A stretch of 64,000 nucleotides of DNA from a bacterium (GCA_965218885.1 OZ244713.1:240601-304600), one strand, 5' to 3'; counted from the stretch's first letter, positions 9,962 to 19,548 are shown. The notes: generated by a model not told the origin, from the sequence alone. A program made the numbers and translations.

Positions 9962-11095
9962 ATGAGTGAAGTGGAATTCGCCTGTATCGACTGCGGGAAG
10001 AAATACCCCCCGACCCTCCCCCGCTGGCGGTGCGCCTGCGGCGGACCTTTGGAGGTTGCGCCGAACGCCATCTTCTCGCGCGAATCCCTCGCTGCGCGCC
10101 CCGCCACCCTCTGGCGCTACAGAGAGGCGATTCCCATTGCGGCGGATGAGAACATCGTCAGCATGAACGAGGGCATGACGCCTCTCGCCCCCCTTGATTT
10201 TTCGGATATGGAAATTCTCTGCAAGCTCGATTTCCTCTTCCCCACCGGCTCGTTCAAGGACCGGGGCGCCACCGTGCTGATGAGCAAGATGAAGGAGTGG
10301 GGACTCAAGCAGGTGCTCATGGATTCTTCGGGCAACGCCGCCGCCGCCGTCTCCGCCTACGCCGCGCGCGCAGGCATCGAATGCGATGTCTACGCGCCCG
10401 CCTCCACCTCTGCGGCCAAATGCGCGCAAATCACCGCCTACGGTGCGAATCTCAAAAAAATACCCGGCCCCCGGGCCGCCTCCACAGACGCCGCCATGAA
10501 AGCGGCGAAAGAGTGTTTCTACGCCTCCCATTTCTGGAACCCCTGGTTCAACCACGGAACCAAGACCTGGGCGTTCGAGGTATGGGAACAACTCGGCTTC
10601 CGCGCACCCGACGCCGTGGTCGCGCCTGCGGGGCACGGCTCGGCCTTAATCGGGGCGTACTTGGGCTTTTCCGAGCTTCTCAGAGCAGATTATATTGATA
10701 AACTCCCCAAAATCTTCGCGGCCCAGGCGGTGAGGTGCGCGCCGATGGTGCGGATGTGGGAGGAGAATCTGGAGGCCGTCCCCGAAATCACGCCCGAGGA
10801 CACGCTCGCGGAGGGCATTTCCATCGCAGCGCCCGTGCGCTGGAAGCAGATGCGCGAGGCCGCCCGAGAGAGCGGAGGGTGTTTCGTCGCTGTCGAGGAC
10901 GCAAAGCTTCCTCCCCTCCTTCGGGAGTTCGGCGGGAAAGGAATCCTGATGGAGCCGACGAGCGCCGTCGCCTTCGCGGCACTCGCTCTTTTGAAGGAGC
11001 AAGGAAAGGTCAAGCCGTCTGAAATCGTGGTCGTTCCGGTGACGGGCCACGGCTTAAAGGCCGCCGATAAACTCGAAAAGATACTGAGCGCCTGA
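9962..11095 (+). CDS. PLP-dependent threonine-synthase-family enzyme with N-terminal Cys4 zinc ribbon
   Basis: The N-terminus has CIDCGKKY...WRCACGG. The PLP-lysine motif FPTGSFKDRGA matches the threonine synthase / fold-type II PLP family, and a glycine-rich SGNAAAA loop is present. Confidence 0.75.
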   Translation: MSEVEFACIDCGKKYPPTLPRWRCACGGPLEVAPNAIFSRESLAARPATLWRYREAIPIAADENIVSMNEGMTPLAPLDFSDMEILCKLDFLFPTGSFKDRGATVLMSKMKEWGLKQVLMDSSGNAAAAVSAYAARAGIECDVYAPASTSAAKCAQITAYGANLKKIPGPRAASTDAAMKAAKECFYASHFWNPWFNHGTKTWAFEVWEQLGFRAPDAVVAPAGHGSALIGAYLGFSELLRADYIDKLPKIFAAQAVRCAPMVRMWEENLEAVPEITPEDTLAEGISIAAPVRWKQMREAARESGGCFVAVEDAKLPPLLREFGGKGILMEPTSAVAFAALALLKEQGKVKPSEIVVVPVTGHGLKAADKLEKILSA

Positions 11096-11820
11096 TGGAT
11101 TTTCGCCGCACCGAAAAGACCAGGGGGGCCTATTTTCGCCAGGGCATGAAACACTGCGTCAAGGCGCCCGGCATCGGGCTTTTCGCCGCCATGTCGGGCT
11201 TCGGCGCGCTCGCCAAGGAGAGCGGCGTCTCGCTCCTGATCGCGGTGGGCATGACGGGCGGTCTCTGGAGCACGCCGGGCCAGGTGGCCTTCGTGGAATT
11301 GTTCGCCACAGGCATCGGGGGGGTCGCGCTCATCGCCTCGGTCACCATCGCCAACGTGCGGATGTTCCCCTTGACCATCGCCACCATGCCGCTCCTGAGA
11401 TCGCGGCCGGGTCTCCAGCCCGTGCAATTCTGGATAGCACACATCAACTCGGTGACCTCCTTCGTCCAAGTCGTCGAGATGAGCCACCACGTCTCGGACA
11501 GGAGCCTGCGCACCGCCTATTTCTTCGGCTTCACGACGGCCACGATGTCCCTGGGGCTTCTCGGCACCACGTTCGGCTACACGATGGCCTATCAATTGCC
11601 CGGCGTGGTGGGCCAGTCGCTCGTTTTCATCACCCCTTTGTATATGCTGCTGCTGGCGGCCCAGAGCAGCCAGCGCTCGGTTCAGATGTCGGTGGTCCTG
11701 GGCTGCGCCCTCGTGCCTATGGGATACTTGGTCTCCACCAACTGGGGGCTTCTCACGGGCGGCGTTCTGGCCGGAACGCTCGCGTTCGCAATCGACCGAG
11801 CGAGGAAACGCCATGCCTGA
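11095..11820 (+). CDS. azlC: AzlC-family branched-chain amino acid permease subunit
   Basis: ~240-aa multi-TM protein with the AzlC-type block GQVAFVEL...IANVRMFPLTIATMPLL. The adjacent small partner gene supports the call. Confidence 0.7.
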   Translation: MDFRRTEKTRGAYFRQGMKHCVKAPGIGLFAAMSGFGALAKESGVSLLIAVGMTGGLWSTPGQVAFVELFATGIGGVALIASVTIANVRMFPLTIATMPLLRSRPGLQPVQFWIAHINSVTSFVQVVEMSHHVSDRSLRTAYFFGFTTATMSLGLLGTTFGYTMAYQLPGVVGQSLVFITPLYMLLLAAQSSQRSVQMSVVLGCALVPMGYLVSTNWGLLTGGVLAGTLAFAIDRARKRHA

Positions 11821-12145
11821 CGCCGCGAGTCTGTTGGGAATCGCCATCGTCTGCACGTATTCGTGGCGGTGGATGGGCGTCCTCATCGCGGGCCGGATGG
11901 ATGACGACAGCCCCATCTTCGAGTGGGTGACCTGCGTGGCCTACGCCATCGCCACCGGCTTGATGATGAAGATCATCCTGCTGCCCGGCGGCGCGCTCAC
12001 CGAGACGCACCTCGTCGATCGCCTCGCGGGTCTGGTCGTCTGCATGGGTATATTCTATTCTTTGGGGAAAAACCTGCTCGCAGGACTCGGCGCGGGCGTT
12101 TGCGTATTCATGCTGTTTCCGGGCTTGCGGAACCTGTTGTTTTAG
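11813..12145 (+). CDS. azlD: AzlD-family small membrane protein
   Basis: 110-aa hydrophobic protein whose start overlaps the azlC stop. The size and position match AzlD. Confidence 0.65.
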   Translation: MPDAASLLGIAIVCTYSWRWMGVLIAGRMDDDSPIFEWVTCVAYAIATGLMMKIILLPGGALTETHLVDRLAGLVVCMGIFYSLGKNLLAGLGAGVCVFMLFPGLRNLLF

Positions 12146-12172
12146 TCGAACCCACACGAGAGGAGAAAATCC

Positions 12173-13012
12173 ATGGACACCCCCGAAACCCCCTGGGCGC
12201 ATGAGAAAAGCTGGCGCGAGGTGCGCGAATATCTTGATTCGGGCCAGGATATTGTTCTCCTGCCCGTGGGAAGCATAGAGCAGCACGGCCCGCACATGCC
12301 CATGGGCCACGACGCGTTTGCGGCCCACTACGTCGCTCGGGACGCGGGCCAGCGGGCGGGCGTTCTGGTCTACCCCACCCTCTGGTACGGCTGGAGCAAC
12401 AACCACATGGCGCTGACGGGCACGATAACGCTGAGACCCGAAACCCTCACCGCTGTCGTGACCGACATCATGAGCAGCCTCCTCTACCACGGCTTCAACC
12501 GGGTGATCCTGGTGAACGGACACAGGAGGGCCAACCTCGCGCCGCTCGAAATCGCCGTCAACCAGATGCGGCAGAAAACGGGGGCGGCGCTCGCCATCGT
12601 GGACGTAGGGATCATCGCCTTCGACAGGATTGCGGAAATCAGGACCACGCCCCCCGGCGGACAGGGCCACGCGTGCGAACTGGAAACCTCGCACGCCCTC
12701 CACATGTATCCCCACCTGGTGGACATGGAGAAGGGTACGCCGCAGAACTCGAACCCCAACCCCGAGTGGATGACGGCGCACCATATTTCGGACCCGGCGG
12801 TGGACGCCCCGCGCTTTTTCTACCCCAAGACGGCGACCGAATACCGGGCCGAGATCGGCGATCAGGGGCAATCCGGCGATCCGACCGTGGCGACCGCAGA
12901 GAAAGGGCGCGCCTTCCACGAGGCCGTGGTGGAAAGGCTCATCGGCGTCATCGAGTATCTGAAAACGCGGGAGGTGAACGTCCACCACCGGCCCGCGCCT
13001 TTCGATGATTAA
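12173..13012 (+). CDS. Creatininase-family amidohydrolase
   Basis: The creatinine amidohydrolase family signature VLLPVGSIEQHGPHMP is present. RBS GAGGAG lies upstream. Confidence 0.8.
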   Translation: MDTPETPWAHEKSWREVREYLDSGQDIVLLPVGSIEQHGPHMPMGHDAFAAHYVARDAGQRAGVLVYPTLWYGWSNNHMALTGTITLRPETLTAVVTDIMSSLLYHGFNRVILVNGHRRANLAPLEIAVNQMRQKTGAALAIVDVGIIAFDRIAEIRTTPPGGQGHACELETSHALHMYPHLVDMEKGTPQNSNPNPEWMTAHHISDPAVDAPRFFYPKTATEYRAEIGDQGQSGDPTVATAEKGRAFHEAVVERLIGVIEYLKTREVNVHHRPAPFDD

Positions 13013-13051
13013 GGGGCGCGAAGCCCAGGATTTTTACACCAATACGGGAGA

Positions 13052-14236
13052 ATGAGGTTGCCTAGAAAAAGAGCAGGAAATTCCTTCATGGGCTACAGGC
13101 GGCCGAGCGGGCCGCCGGGGGCCAGAAACCACCTCGCCGTCGTGAGCGCGATGGACAACGCCAACCCCCTCGCGCGGCGGATCGGGAAACTCCTGCGCGA
13201 GGCGGTCATCGTGAACACCACTTTTGGCAGAAACCTCTTTGGGGATGATGAGAGGCAGCACTACCGGGTGATGGGCCGCACGGCGGGCCACCCGAACGTG
13301 GGGGCGGCCATCGTCGTCAGCCTGGAACCCAAGAGCGCGCAGGACGTGGCCGACGTGGCGGCGGAGGCATCGCCCTGGATGCCCATCGAGACCCTCACCA
13401 TCCACGAGACGGGCGGCACGCTTCAGACGGCGGCGCGCGGAGTGGAAATCGCCCAGAAATTGTATCGACACTTAAGCGCCGCAAGACGCAGGCGGTGTGA
13501 TCTGTCCGAGATCACCCTGGGCACGGAATGCGGCGGTTCCGACACCACGAGCGGGCTGGTGGCCAACCCGGTCACCGGCGTCTTGGCGGACAGAATCGTG
13601 GACGCAGGGGGCGTCGTGCTTTTTTCGGAAACCATGGAAATCGTCGGCGCCGAGCATCTTCTCGCCAGACGGGCGGCGAACGCCAAAGTGCGAAAAAAAC
13701 TGCTGGGAGCGGTCGCGCGCACGATGGACTACGCCCACGGGATGGGTATGGACATCATCGGCTGCAACCCGACGGAGGACAACATTCAGGGCGGTCTTTC
13801 CTCGATTGAGGAGAAAAGCCTGGGCGCGGTGAAAAAAGCGGGCACGCGCGATATCGTGGACGTCATCGTTCCGGGCGAGCGGGCGAAAGAGCGCGGCTGC
13901 GTATTCCTGGACGCTCCGAGCGCGGGGGTCGAGAACGTCACGGCGCTGGCGGCGTGCGGGTCGCAGGCCATCGTATTCAACACGGGGAACGGAAACCCTC
14001 TTGGGCACCCCGTCTCCCCCACCATCAAGGTGACGGCCAACCCCAGGACGGCGGCGCGCATGGCGGAGAACACGGATTTGGACATCAGCGGCGTCATGCG
14101 CGGCGAACTCTCAAAGGATGAGGCCGTGGACCTCCTCCACGAGGAGTTGATAGCCGTTTTGAGCGGAAAGAGAACGCGGGCGGAAATTCTGGAGGAAACC
14201 GAAATCACCGTGAGCCGCCTCGCGCTTAATTTATAA
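13052..14236 (+). CDS. UxaA-family hydrolase/dehydratase (altronate/galactarate dehydratase C-terminal-domain type)
   Basis: Family blocks are RNHLAVVSAMDNANPLARRI, TECGGSDTTSGL and GCNPTEDNIQGGLSSIEEKSLGA. The protein begins directly with the large UxaA domain, with no SAF domain. The start may be the ATG at 13088. Confidence 0.7.
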   Translation: MRLPRKRAGNSFMGYRRPSGPPGARNHLAVVSAMDNANPLARRIGKLLREAVIVNTTFGRNLFGDDERQHYRVMGRTAGHPNVGAAIVVSLEPKSAQDVADVAAEASPWMPIETLTIHETGGTLQTAARGVEIAQKLYRHLSAARRRRCDLSEITLGTECGGSDTTSGLVANPVTGVLADRIVDAGGVVLFSETMEIVGAEHLLARRAANAKVRKKLLGAVARTMDYAHGMGMDIIGCNPTEDNIQGGLSSIEEKSLGAVKKAGTRDIVDVIVPGERAKERGCVFLDAPSAGVENVTALAACGSQAIVFNTGNGNPLGHPVSPTIKVTANPRTAARMAENTDLDISGVMRGELSKDEAVDLLHEELIAVLSGKRTRAEILEETEITVSRLALNL

Positions 14237-14312
14237 CCGGCGAAACGCCCGGGCATTCTCGTCGTCCGGGGTCTTATAATGATGAATTTTTCGATTGGAA
14301 AGGAGTTTCTTG

Positions 14313-15518
14313 ATGAACAGCGCCATCACCCCCGTTCCCGTGGATGGGGACTACGTCGTCAGCCTCGCGCAGGAGTTGATCCGGATACCGGCGGAAAACC
14401 CGCCGGGGGACTGCTCCGCCATGGCCGAGCGAATTCTCGCGGAACTAAAAACCATCGGCGTCGATGACGTCACCACCCATGAATACGAGGCGGGGATGCC
14501 CAATTTCATCATCCGCACAGGCGATGGCGGCCCGGGCGGGCATCTCGTCATCGGCGGCCACATGGACACCGTGCCCGTTCATCCCGACGAGGTGGACGCC
14601 TGGGAGGTTCCCCCCTTCAGCGGAGAGCTCATAGGCGGCGAAATCTGGGGACGCGGCGCCGCCGACATGAAGGGCGCGCTCGCCTCGACCATCGGCGCGT
14701 TGAAAGCTCTCAAGGATGAGAAAATCCCTCTGAAAGGCACCCTCACGTGGGTGCTACTCTCGGACGGGGAGAAGGGGGATTACTACGGCGCGCAATCGCT
14801 CGTGAACAACGGCGTCCTGAAAGAACTGGGCGGCGACATGGTGCTCTACACCGAATCGACGGGCAACAACATCATCCGCTCCTTCAAGGGGCGGGTGTTC
14901 TTCGAAGTGAAGGTGCGTGGCCGCTCGGTGCACGTGAGCGTGCCCGAGAAGGGAATCAACGCCATCGAGAAAATGGCCAAAATTATCGACGCTTTCAGGG
15001 CCGAGCGCATCGCGCCGCCGCCGCACCCCTTCCTCGGGCCGGGCACTTTGGCCTTTTCCACCATCAAGGGGGGTTCCGCCGTGAACGTGGTGGGCGGTAG
15101 GTGCAGCGCCACCTTCGACGTGCGCATGCTGCCGGGCCAGACCTCTGCGGGCGTCAAGGAGAAGTTAGAGGGTATTCTGGCCGAACTCGCGGCGGATGAC
15201 CCCGAATTCGACGCGGCTGTGGAGATCATGCCGAGCGGGGCGCGCGAGGTGACCGAAATCGCCGAGGATGAACCCGTCGTCCAGCTCATGCGGGAGGTCG
15301 TCCCCGCCATGCGCGGCACACCGAACGAGTATCTCCCCGGCATCGAATCGCCCGGCGCGCTCAGGCTCTTCATCGAGAACGGGATTCCGGGCGTCTTCTT
15401 CGGTCCGGGCGAGTTCATCTCGGAGGCCCATCTGCCGAACGAGCGCGTGCCCGCGCAAAACCTCGTCGACGCCGCCGGCATGTTCGCCACGGCCGCCAGG
15501 GCGCACTGCAACGGGTGA
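14313..15518 (+). CDS. M20-family metallopeptidase / deacylase (ArgE/DapE-like)
   Basis: Family blocks are IGGHMDTVPV, WGRGAADMKGALAS and LSDGEKG. RBS AAAGGAG lies 7 nt upstream of the ATG at 14313. Confidence 0.8.
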   Translation: MNSAITPVPVDGDYVVSLAQELIRIPAENPPGDCSAMAERILAELKTIGVDDVTTHEYEAGMPNFIIRTGDGGPGGHLVIGGHMDTVPVHPDEVDAWEVPPFSGELIGGEIWGRGAADMKGALASTIGALKALKDEKIPLKGTLTWVLLSDGEKGDYYGAQSLVNNGVLKELGGDMVLYTESTGNNIIRSFKGRVFFEVKVRGRSVHVSVPEKGINAIEKMAKIIDAFRAERIAPPPHPFLGPGTLAFSTIKGGSAVNVVGGRCSATFDVRMLPGQTSAGVKEKLEGILAELAADDPEFDAAVEIMPSGAREVTEIAEDEPVVQLMREVVPAMRGTPNEYLPGIESPGALRLFIENGIPGVFFGPGEFISEAHLPNERVPAQNLVDAAGMFATAARAHCNG

Positions 15519-15537
15519 GTAAAAGGGTCAGTCTGTA

Positions 15538-15558
15538 GGGGCGGTCGCGCGCCGCCCC
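15538..15558. terminator. GC hairpin between convergent genes (likely bidirectional terminator)
   Basis: ggggcgg-tcgcgcg-ccgcccc is a 7-bp perfect GC stem lying between the M20 stop at 15518 and the minus-strand DUF1971 stop at 15561. There is no T-run. Confidence 0.45.
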
Positions 15559-15560
15559 TG

Positions 15561-15854
15561 CTAGTCCGCGTCCTCGCGCCTGAGAAATTCCACCTTGAAC
15601 CGAACCATTCCGAGGAGTTCCACGCGGTGCGGCTCGGTGGGCCGGATAATGCCGACATCCCCGATATCCAGGCGGCGATTTCGCTCGGGCGCATCCGGAA
15701 CGACATAGTCGAGGCTGCCTTCGAGAACCACGATTCGAGCCCAAACCCCCGGCTTCGTGTCGTGCAGGGTCAGGAGTTTTTCGGGAACGGTCTTCTCGGT
15801 GAAGACTTCGCTTTCGAAGTACTTGACGAGCCCATCGGGAATACCCTCACTCAT
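15561..15854 (-). CDS. DUF1971-domain protein
   Basis: 97-aa protein with the blocks PDGLVKYFESEVFTEKTVPEKLL and VWARIVVLEGSL, which are typical of the DUF1971 small-protein family. Confidence 0.6.
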   Translation of the reverse strand: MSEGIPDGLVKYFESEVFTEKTVPEKLLTLHDTKPGVWARIVVLEGSLDYVVPDAPERNRRLDIGDVGIIRPTEPHRVELLGMVRFKVEFLRREDAD

Positions 15855-16300
15855 GCGCCCGACCTCCCGAGACCAGATGCGCCGAACATGGCGATTTGGA
15901 GGCCTTTGGCGATTTGCCCGGCGTGATCCATGAAATAAGCGACCGCGTCCGTCGTCGGCGCCGTGTCCCTCAGGGTTTCTTCGAACAACTCCAGCCAGAC
16001 GTCGAAATGCCAGGGCTGGACTTCCACGAGTTTCTTATGGGCCGGAATCGGCTCCCCCGAGTAGCGCCCGGCGTTCAAGGCCACCGTCGCCCAGAAATCC
16101 TTCATCTTCTCAAGGTGATACCCCCATCTATCGCCAATCGCCTCATCGAAAATCGGCCCGAGGAGCCGATCTTCCCGGATGCGGCTGTAAAAGGCATTCA
16201 CGAGCGCAGAGACGTAGGCCTCGTCAACCCCCATCGCGGCGGCTTTCTCCTGCACTTCTTGTCGGCGCTCACCCACGATATGGAGATGCGTCTTGTTCAT
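15851..16300 (-). CDS. Group-III truncated haemoglobin-like protein
   Basis: The segment VNAFYSRIREDRLLGPIFDEAIGDRW...HLEKMKDFWATVALNAGRYSG resembles the bacterial-globin (trHb group III) fold. Its stop overlaps the start of the downstream gene. Confidence 0.55.
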   Translation of the reverse strand: MNKTHLHIVGERRQEVQEKAAAMGVDEAYVSALVNAFYSRIREDRLLGPIFDEAIGDRWGYHLEKMKDFWATVALNAGRYSGEPIPAHKKLVEVQPWHFDVWLELFEETLRDTAPTTDAVAYFMDHAGQIAKGLQIAMFGASGLGRSGA

Positions 16301-16737
16301 GCGGCGTCTCCTGCAAGCAGGTCGAGAAGTTCGGGGTTGCGTTTCACGAGATCATGGACGGTATAGCGATCGAGAACGGTGAAAAAGGCTTCCTGCGCTT
16401 CGGCCAGAACGCTCTTGAGTTTGCAGTATGGCGTGATCAGGCACCCCCCGTTTCCTCCGGGAAAACACTCGACGAGGGCGCTGGCGCGCTCAGTTTGTCT
16501 CGCCACGGCCCCGACGGGGATATCCTCCGCCGGCTTGGCGAGCCTAAGACCTCCGCTTCGGCCCCGGAGCGTTTCGATAAACCCTGCGCGGCCCAACCCA
16601 TGCGCGACCTTCATCAAATGGTTTTTCGAGATCCCGTATCGCTCCGCGACTTCGTGGATCGTGACAAGAGCATCCGTGTGGATGGCCAGATGCATCAGCA
16701 TCCGCAGGGCATAGTCCGTTTGAAGCGTCAGCCGCAT
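16297..16737 (-). CDS. Rrf2-family transcriptional regulator (NsrR/IscR-like)
   Basis: The real start is MRLTLQTDYALRMLMHLA, the Rrf2 wHTH N-terminus. GGAGGA lies 7 nt upstream of the ATG at 16735-16737. The three cysteines in a C-terminal cluster (ECFPGGNGGCLITPYC) are spaced as the Fe-S ligands of NsrR/IscR. Confidence 0.8.
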   Translation of the reverse strand: MRLTLQTDYALRMLMHLAIHTDALVTIHEVAERYGISKNHLMKVAHGLGRAGFIETLRGRSGGLRLAKPAEDIPVGAVARQTERASALVECFPGGNGGCLITPYCKLKSVLAEAQEAFFTVLDRYTVHDLVKRNPELLDLLAGDAA

Positions 16738-16749
16738 CGGGTGTCCTCC

Positions 16750-16771
16750 GTATATCATATATATAATATAC
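16750..16771. promoter_or_regulatory. Near-perfect 22-bp AT-rich palindrome at the Rrf2 regulator promoter (candidate operator)
   Basis: gtatatcatatatataatatac matches its own reverse complement at 20 of 22 positions. It sits just upstream of the regulator RBS and contains TATAAT-like hexamers. Confidence 0.55.
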
Positions 16772-17383
16772 ATCTTTTAAGGATATTTGCAACACCCACT
16801 CCCAACACAAAGGATGCATGCCCCGCCCGGTCAAAACCTCATCGTCCCCGTGGGCATGTCCGCGGCCCCCAGGGGCTCGCCAGGCATTCGATGACTCCCC
16901 CTGAAACGAATACGGAAGAACACACAGGCAACATATATGTCCGCCCCTGCGAAACGATCGCCATTCCTCTCTCCCCGGTCCGCAATCGCTCCCTTTAGAG
17001 ACATCGAGCCGTTTTCATCGGCCATCAAATCTTGCCGTCATATTGATATTACTTTGGTACATTCATTATTTCCAATTTCGTCCGGAACAATGAATATTCG
17101 TGACATTAGGGTTTCACGGCTGGAAAGAACGTCCTTGCTTATATAAGATAAAGCCAGCCGAACGCGCCGCCTGAAATACCCGACACCAGCTTTCGGGCAT
17201 GGTTCCGGATTGCCCTGGTATGACTACCGTGCCGCCGGGTTAAAGGCTGTTTCCGGCTCAAAGAAACTCGTACGCCATACCGAACAGCAGGGGCTTACCC
17301 CGCGCCGGCTGGAGGTGGAGGAATTGTTCGGCGAAAGTGTGCGTGGAGACGAATTTTTGTCCTGATATTCATGGAGAAGACGA

Positions 17384-18070
17384 ATGGCAATCCTCAAGGC
17401 GCGGCCCCAGGACGTGGAAATCGACTTGGCTCGAACCGCTTTCATCGTGGTCGACATGCAGAACGCATACGCAAAGAAGGGCGGAATGCTCGACCTGGGA
17501 GCAGGCATTGACGAATCCCGCACGAACCCCGTCATCGCGGCCAACCAGCGCCTGCTCTCTGCGGCGCGCGCGGCCGGCGTGCAGGTATTCTATCTCCAGT
17601 TCGGGTACAAGCCCGACCTCAGCGACGCGGGGGGGCCGCTGTCGCCCAACATTCGCAAGCAGATGGCCATCAGGATGATCAAGGAACGCCCAATGGTGCG
17701 CGACAAGCTCATCATCGAGGGAACGTGGGGGTGGGAGATTATCGAGGAGCTCAAGCCCGAGCCGGGCGACCTGGTGGTAAAGAAAGCCCGCTACAGCGGC
17801 TTCGCGGGAACGACGCTGGAAAACCAACTCAACGGCCTCGACATCCGGCACATTCTCTTCACCGGCGTGGCCACGAACGTCTGCGTGGAGAGCACGGCGC
17901 GCGAGGCCTTTTTCCGCGAATTCTGGCCCATTCTCATCGATGATGCGATGGATCACACCGGCCCGGACTTCACTCGCCAGGCCACCCTGTACAACTTCGA
18001 ATCAAAATTCGGCTGGGTGACGAAAACGGATGATGTGCTGGACATGATGGAGCGCAACCAGGTCTCGTAG
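17384..18070 (+). CDS. Isochorismatase-family cysteine hydrolase (RutB / N-carbamoylsarcosine-amidase-like)
   Basis: The blocks TAFIVVDMQNAY and TGVATNVCVESTAREA carry the catalytic Cys of isochorismatase-like hydrolases. Confidence 0.75.
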   Translation: MAILKARPQDVEIDLARTAFIVVDMQNAYAKKGGMLDLGAGIDESRTNPVIAANQRLLSAARAAGVQVFYLQFGYKPDLSDAGGPLSPNIRKQMAIRMIKERPMVRDKLIIEGTWGWEIIEELKPEPGDLVVKKARYSGFAGTTLENQLNGLDIRHILFTGVATNVCVESTAREAFFREFWPILIDDAMDHTGPDFTRQATLYNFESKFGWVTKTDDVLDMMERNQVS

Positions 18071-18578
18071 AGCATCTCCCGCGTGGCGAATGGGCGAGCC
18101 CGCCGAGATGGAAGCCGCCTGGTTCTCGTTTCCCCGGCAAACGCCCGGCTTCATGAAATATCCGGGATGAACATCGCTCAGACCATATGGATAAAGAGGG
18201 ATCTGGTCCGAATTTCAGGGGCTACGCCACTACGCATACCATCGAGCCGATGAACTGAATTCCCTGATCCAGGCTGAGAATCACAATCAATCAGGCTCGT
18301 TGGAATCCCGCCGAGCCACGTCGCTCAGTCCGCCCTTCGCCGCCCCGATGCCGAGGATCCCGGCGTGCGAACCCTGCGAAACAAGCGACAGGATCAGCGC
18401 TATGGCAGAAGACTTGGCCCTATGGATTGCTGTCTCCTCTATTTATTTCCAACGTTTGATCGGTTATATTCAGTAATCAGTTTTGCGTTGCGACGATCCC
18501 TCTTTCCGTCTCTTTTTCACGAGCGCCCTCTCCCCCGCATACCGGAGGCGGGACACCTGTGCTACAATGGATATAGTA

Positions 18579-18596
18579 GGGAGGAATCCTCCTCCC
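18579..18596 (+). promoter_or_regulatory. 5'-UTR hairpin pairing a GGGAGGA Shine-Dalgarno-like sequence with its complement
   Basis: gggagga-atcc-tcctccc is a perfect 7-bp stem about 20 nt upstream of the ATG at 18618. A TACAAT -10-like hexamer at 18563-18568 lies upstream. Confidence 0.4.
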
Positions 18597-18617
18597 TCAG
18601 AGGGAAAAGGATCCCCC

Positions 18618-19007
18618 ATGAAAACGCCTTCTTTTTTGGCTCCCCTGGTTGAAGGAAACTCTCTGAAAAGACTGTTCCAGGGTTTTGCGGCAGGTGTAAT
18701 TTGCACGGTGATCATCGGCTTTGGCTGGGGCGGCTGGGTGCTCGGCAGCGCTGCCGGGAAAATGGTGGAAACAGCAAGCGAAACAGCCATGGTCGCGGCT
18801 TTGGCGCCCATCTGCGCTGACAAGTTTGAGCGGGCGGTCAATACCGATGCCGGTTTGGTTCCTAAACTCGCAGCGGTCAGTTCATGGGAACGGGGCAGTC
18901 ATTTGCTGAAAGCCGGCTGGGCAACTTCACCGGGCGGAGCAAAGCCGGACGACAATGTGGCGGAAGCGTGCGCCAACTTGCTCAACAAGACCTTTAAACT
19001 GAAGTAG
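18618..19007 (+). CDS. Small hypothetical membrane protein
   Basis: MKTPSFLAPLVEGNSLKRLFQGFAAGVICTVIIGFGWGGWVLGSAAG contains one TM segment. A GGAAAAGGA RBS-like element lies upstream. The track ORF starts earlier on an alternative start. Confidence 0.5.
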   Translation: MKTPSFLAPLVEGNSLKRLFQGFAAGVICTVIIGFGWGGWVLGSAAGKMVETASETAMVAALAPICADKFERAVNTDAGLVPKLAAVSSWERGSHLLKAGWATSPGGAKPDDNVAEACANLLNKTFKLK

Positions 19008-19165
19008 GTCGACAAAATCGGCCTCTGGCAGAAACCGCCCCCCGTCGGCTATCGGGAGCAGCCTTTTACATCCCAGACGGGTTCGAATGCGGTCCAGAGG
19101 CATGGTGGTGAAGCAGGTCCGATTTGTTGAGCAGCCTGGCGGCTTGTTCATGTGTGTTCAGGTTG

Positions 19166-19210
19166 CCCCCGCTAGGGCCGTCCCGTCCGTCGGCACGGCC
19201 CTAGCGGGGG
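19166..19210. terminator. 16-bp perfect inverted repeat between convergent genes
   Basis: cccccgctagggccgt (19166-19181) and acggccctagcggggg (19195-19210) are exact reverse complements, separated by 13 nt. Confidence 0.5.
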
Positions 19211-19548
19211 CCCGGGTCGCATCCTCCTCCAGCATGCTGGCCAAGGTCGCGAGGCCCGCCGTCAGGCGGAAACCCTCGAAACTTGATGGACGCCGGCGGC
19301 TCGTGCGCTATCTCCTTGATCATCCGAAGGCCGGAACGGCCCGTGAAAGCCACGTTTCCGTCGACGTGCGGCTCATAAGGGGCAAGTACGCAGAGGGCTT
19401 TCCAGGCCGGCGAGGGCGCGGAAGATGATTGCGGCCGATGAGGCCGTACTCTCCGGCGCCGCGTACATCAAGTGAACCCGCATACCCGCTCACGATATCA
19501 CCGAAAAGCTCGACAACGGCTCGCGGCGTGGACGACGTCCGCGCGGCT

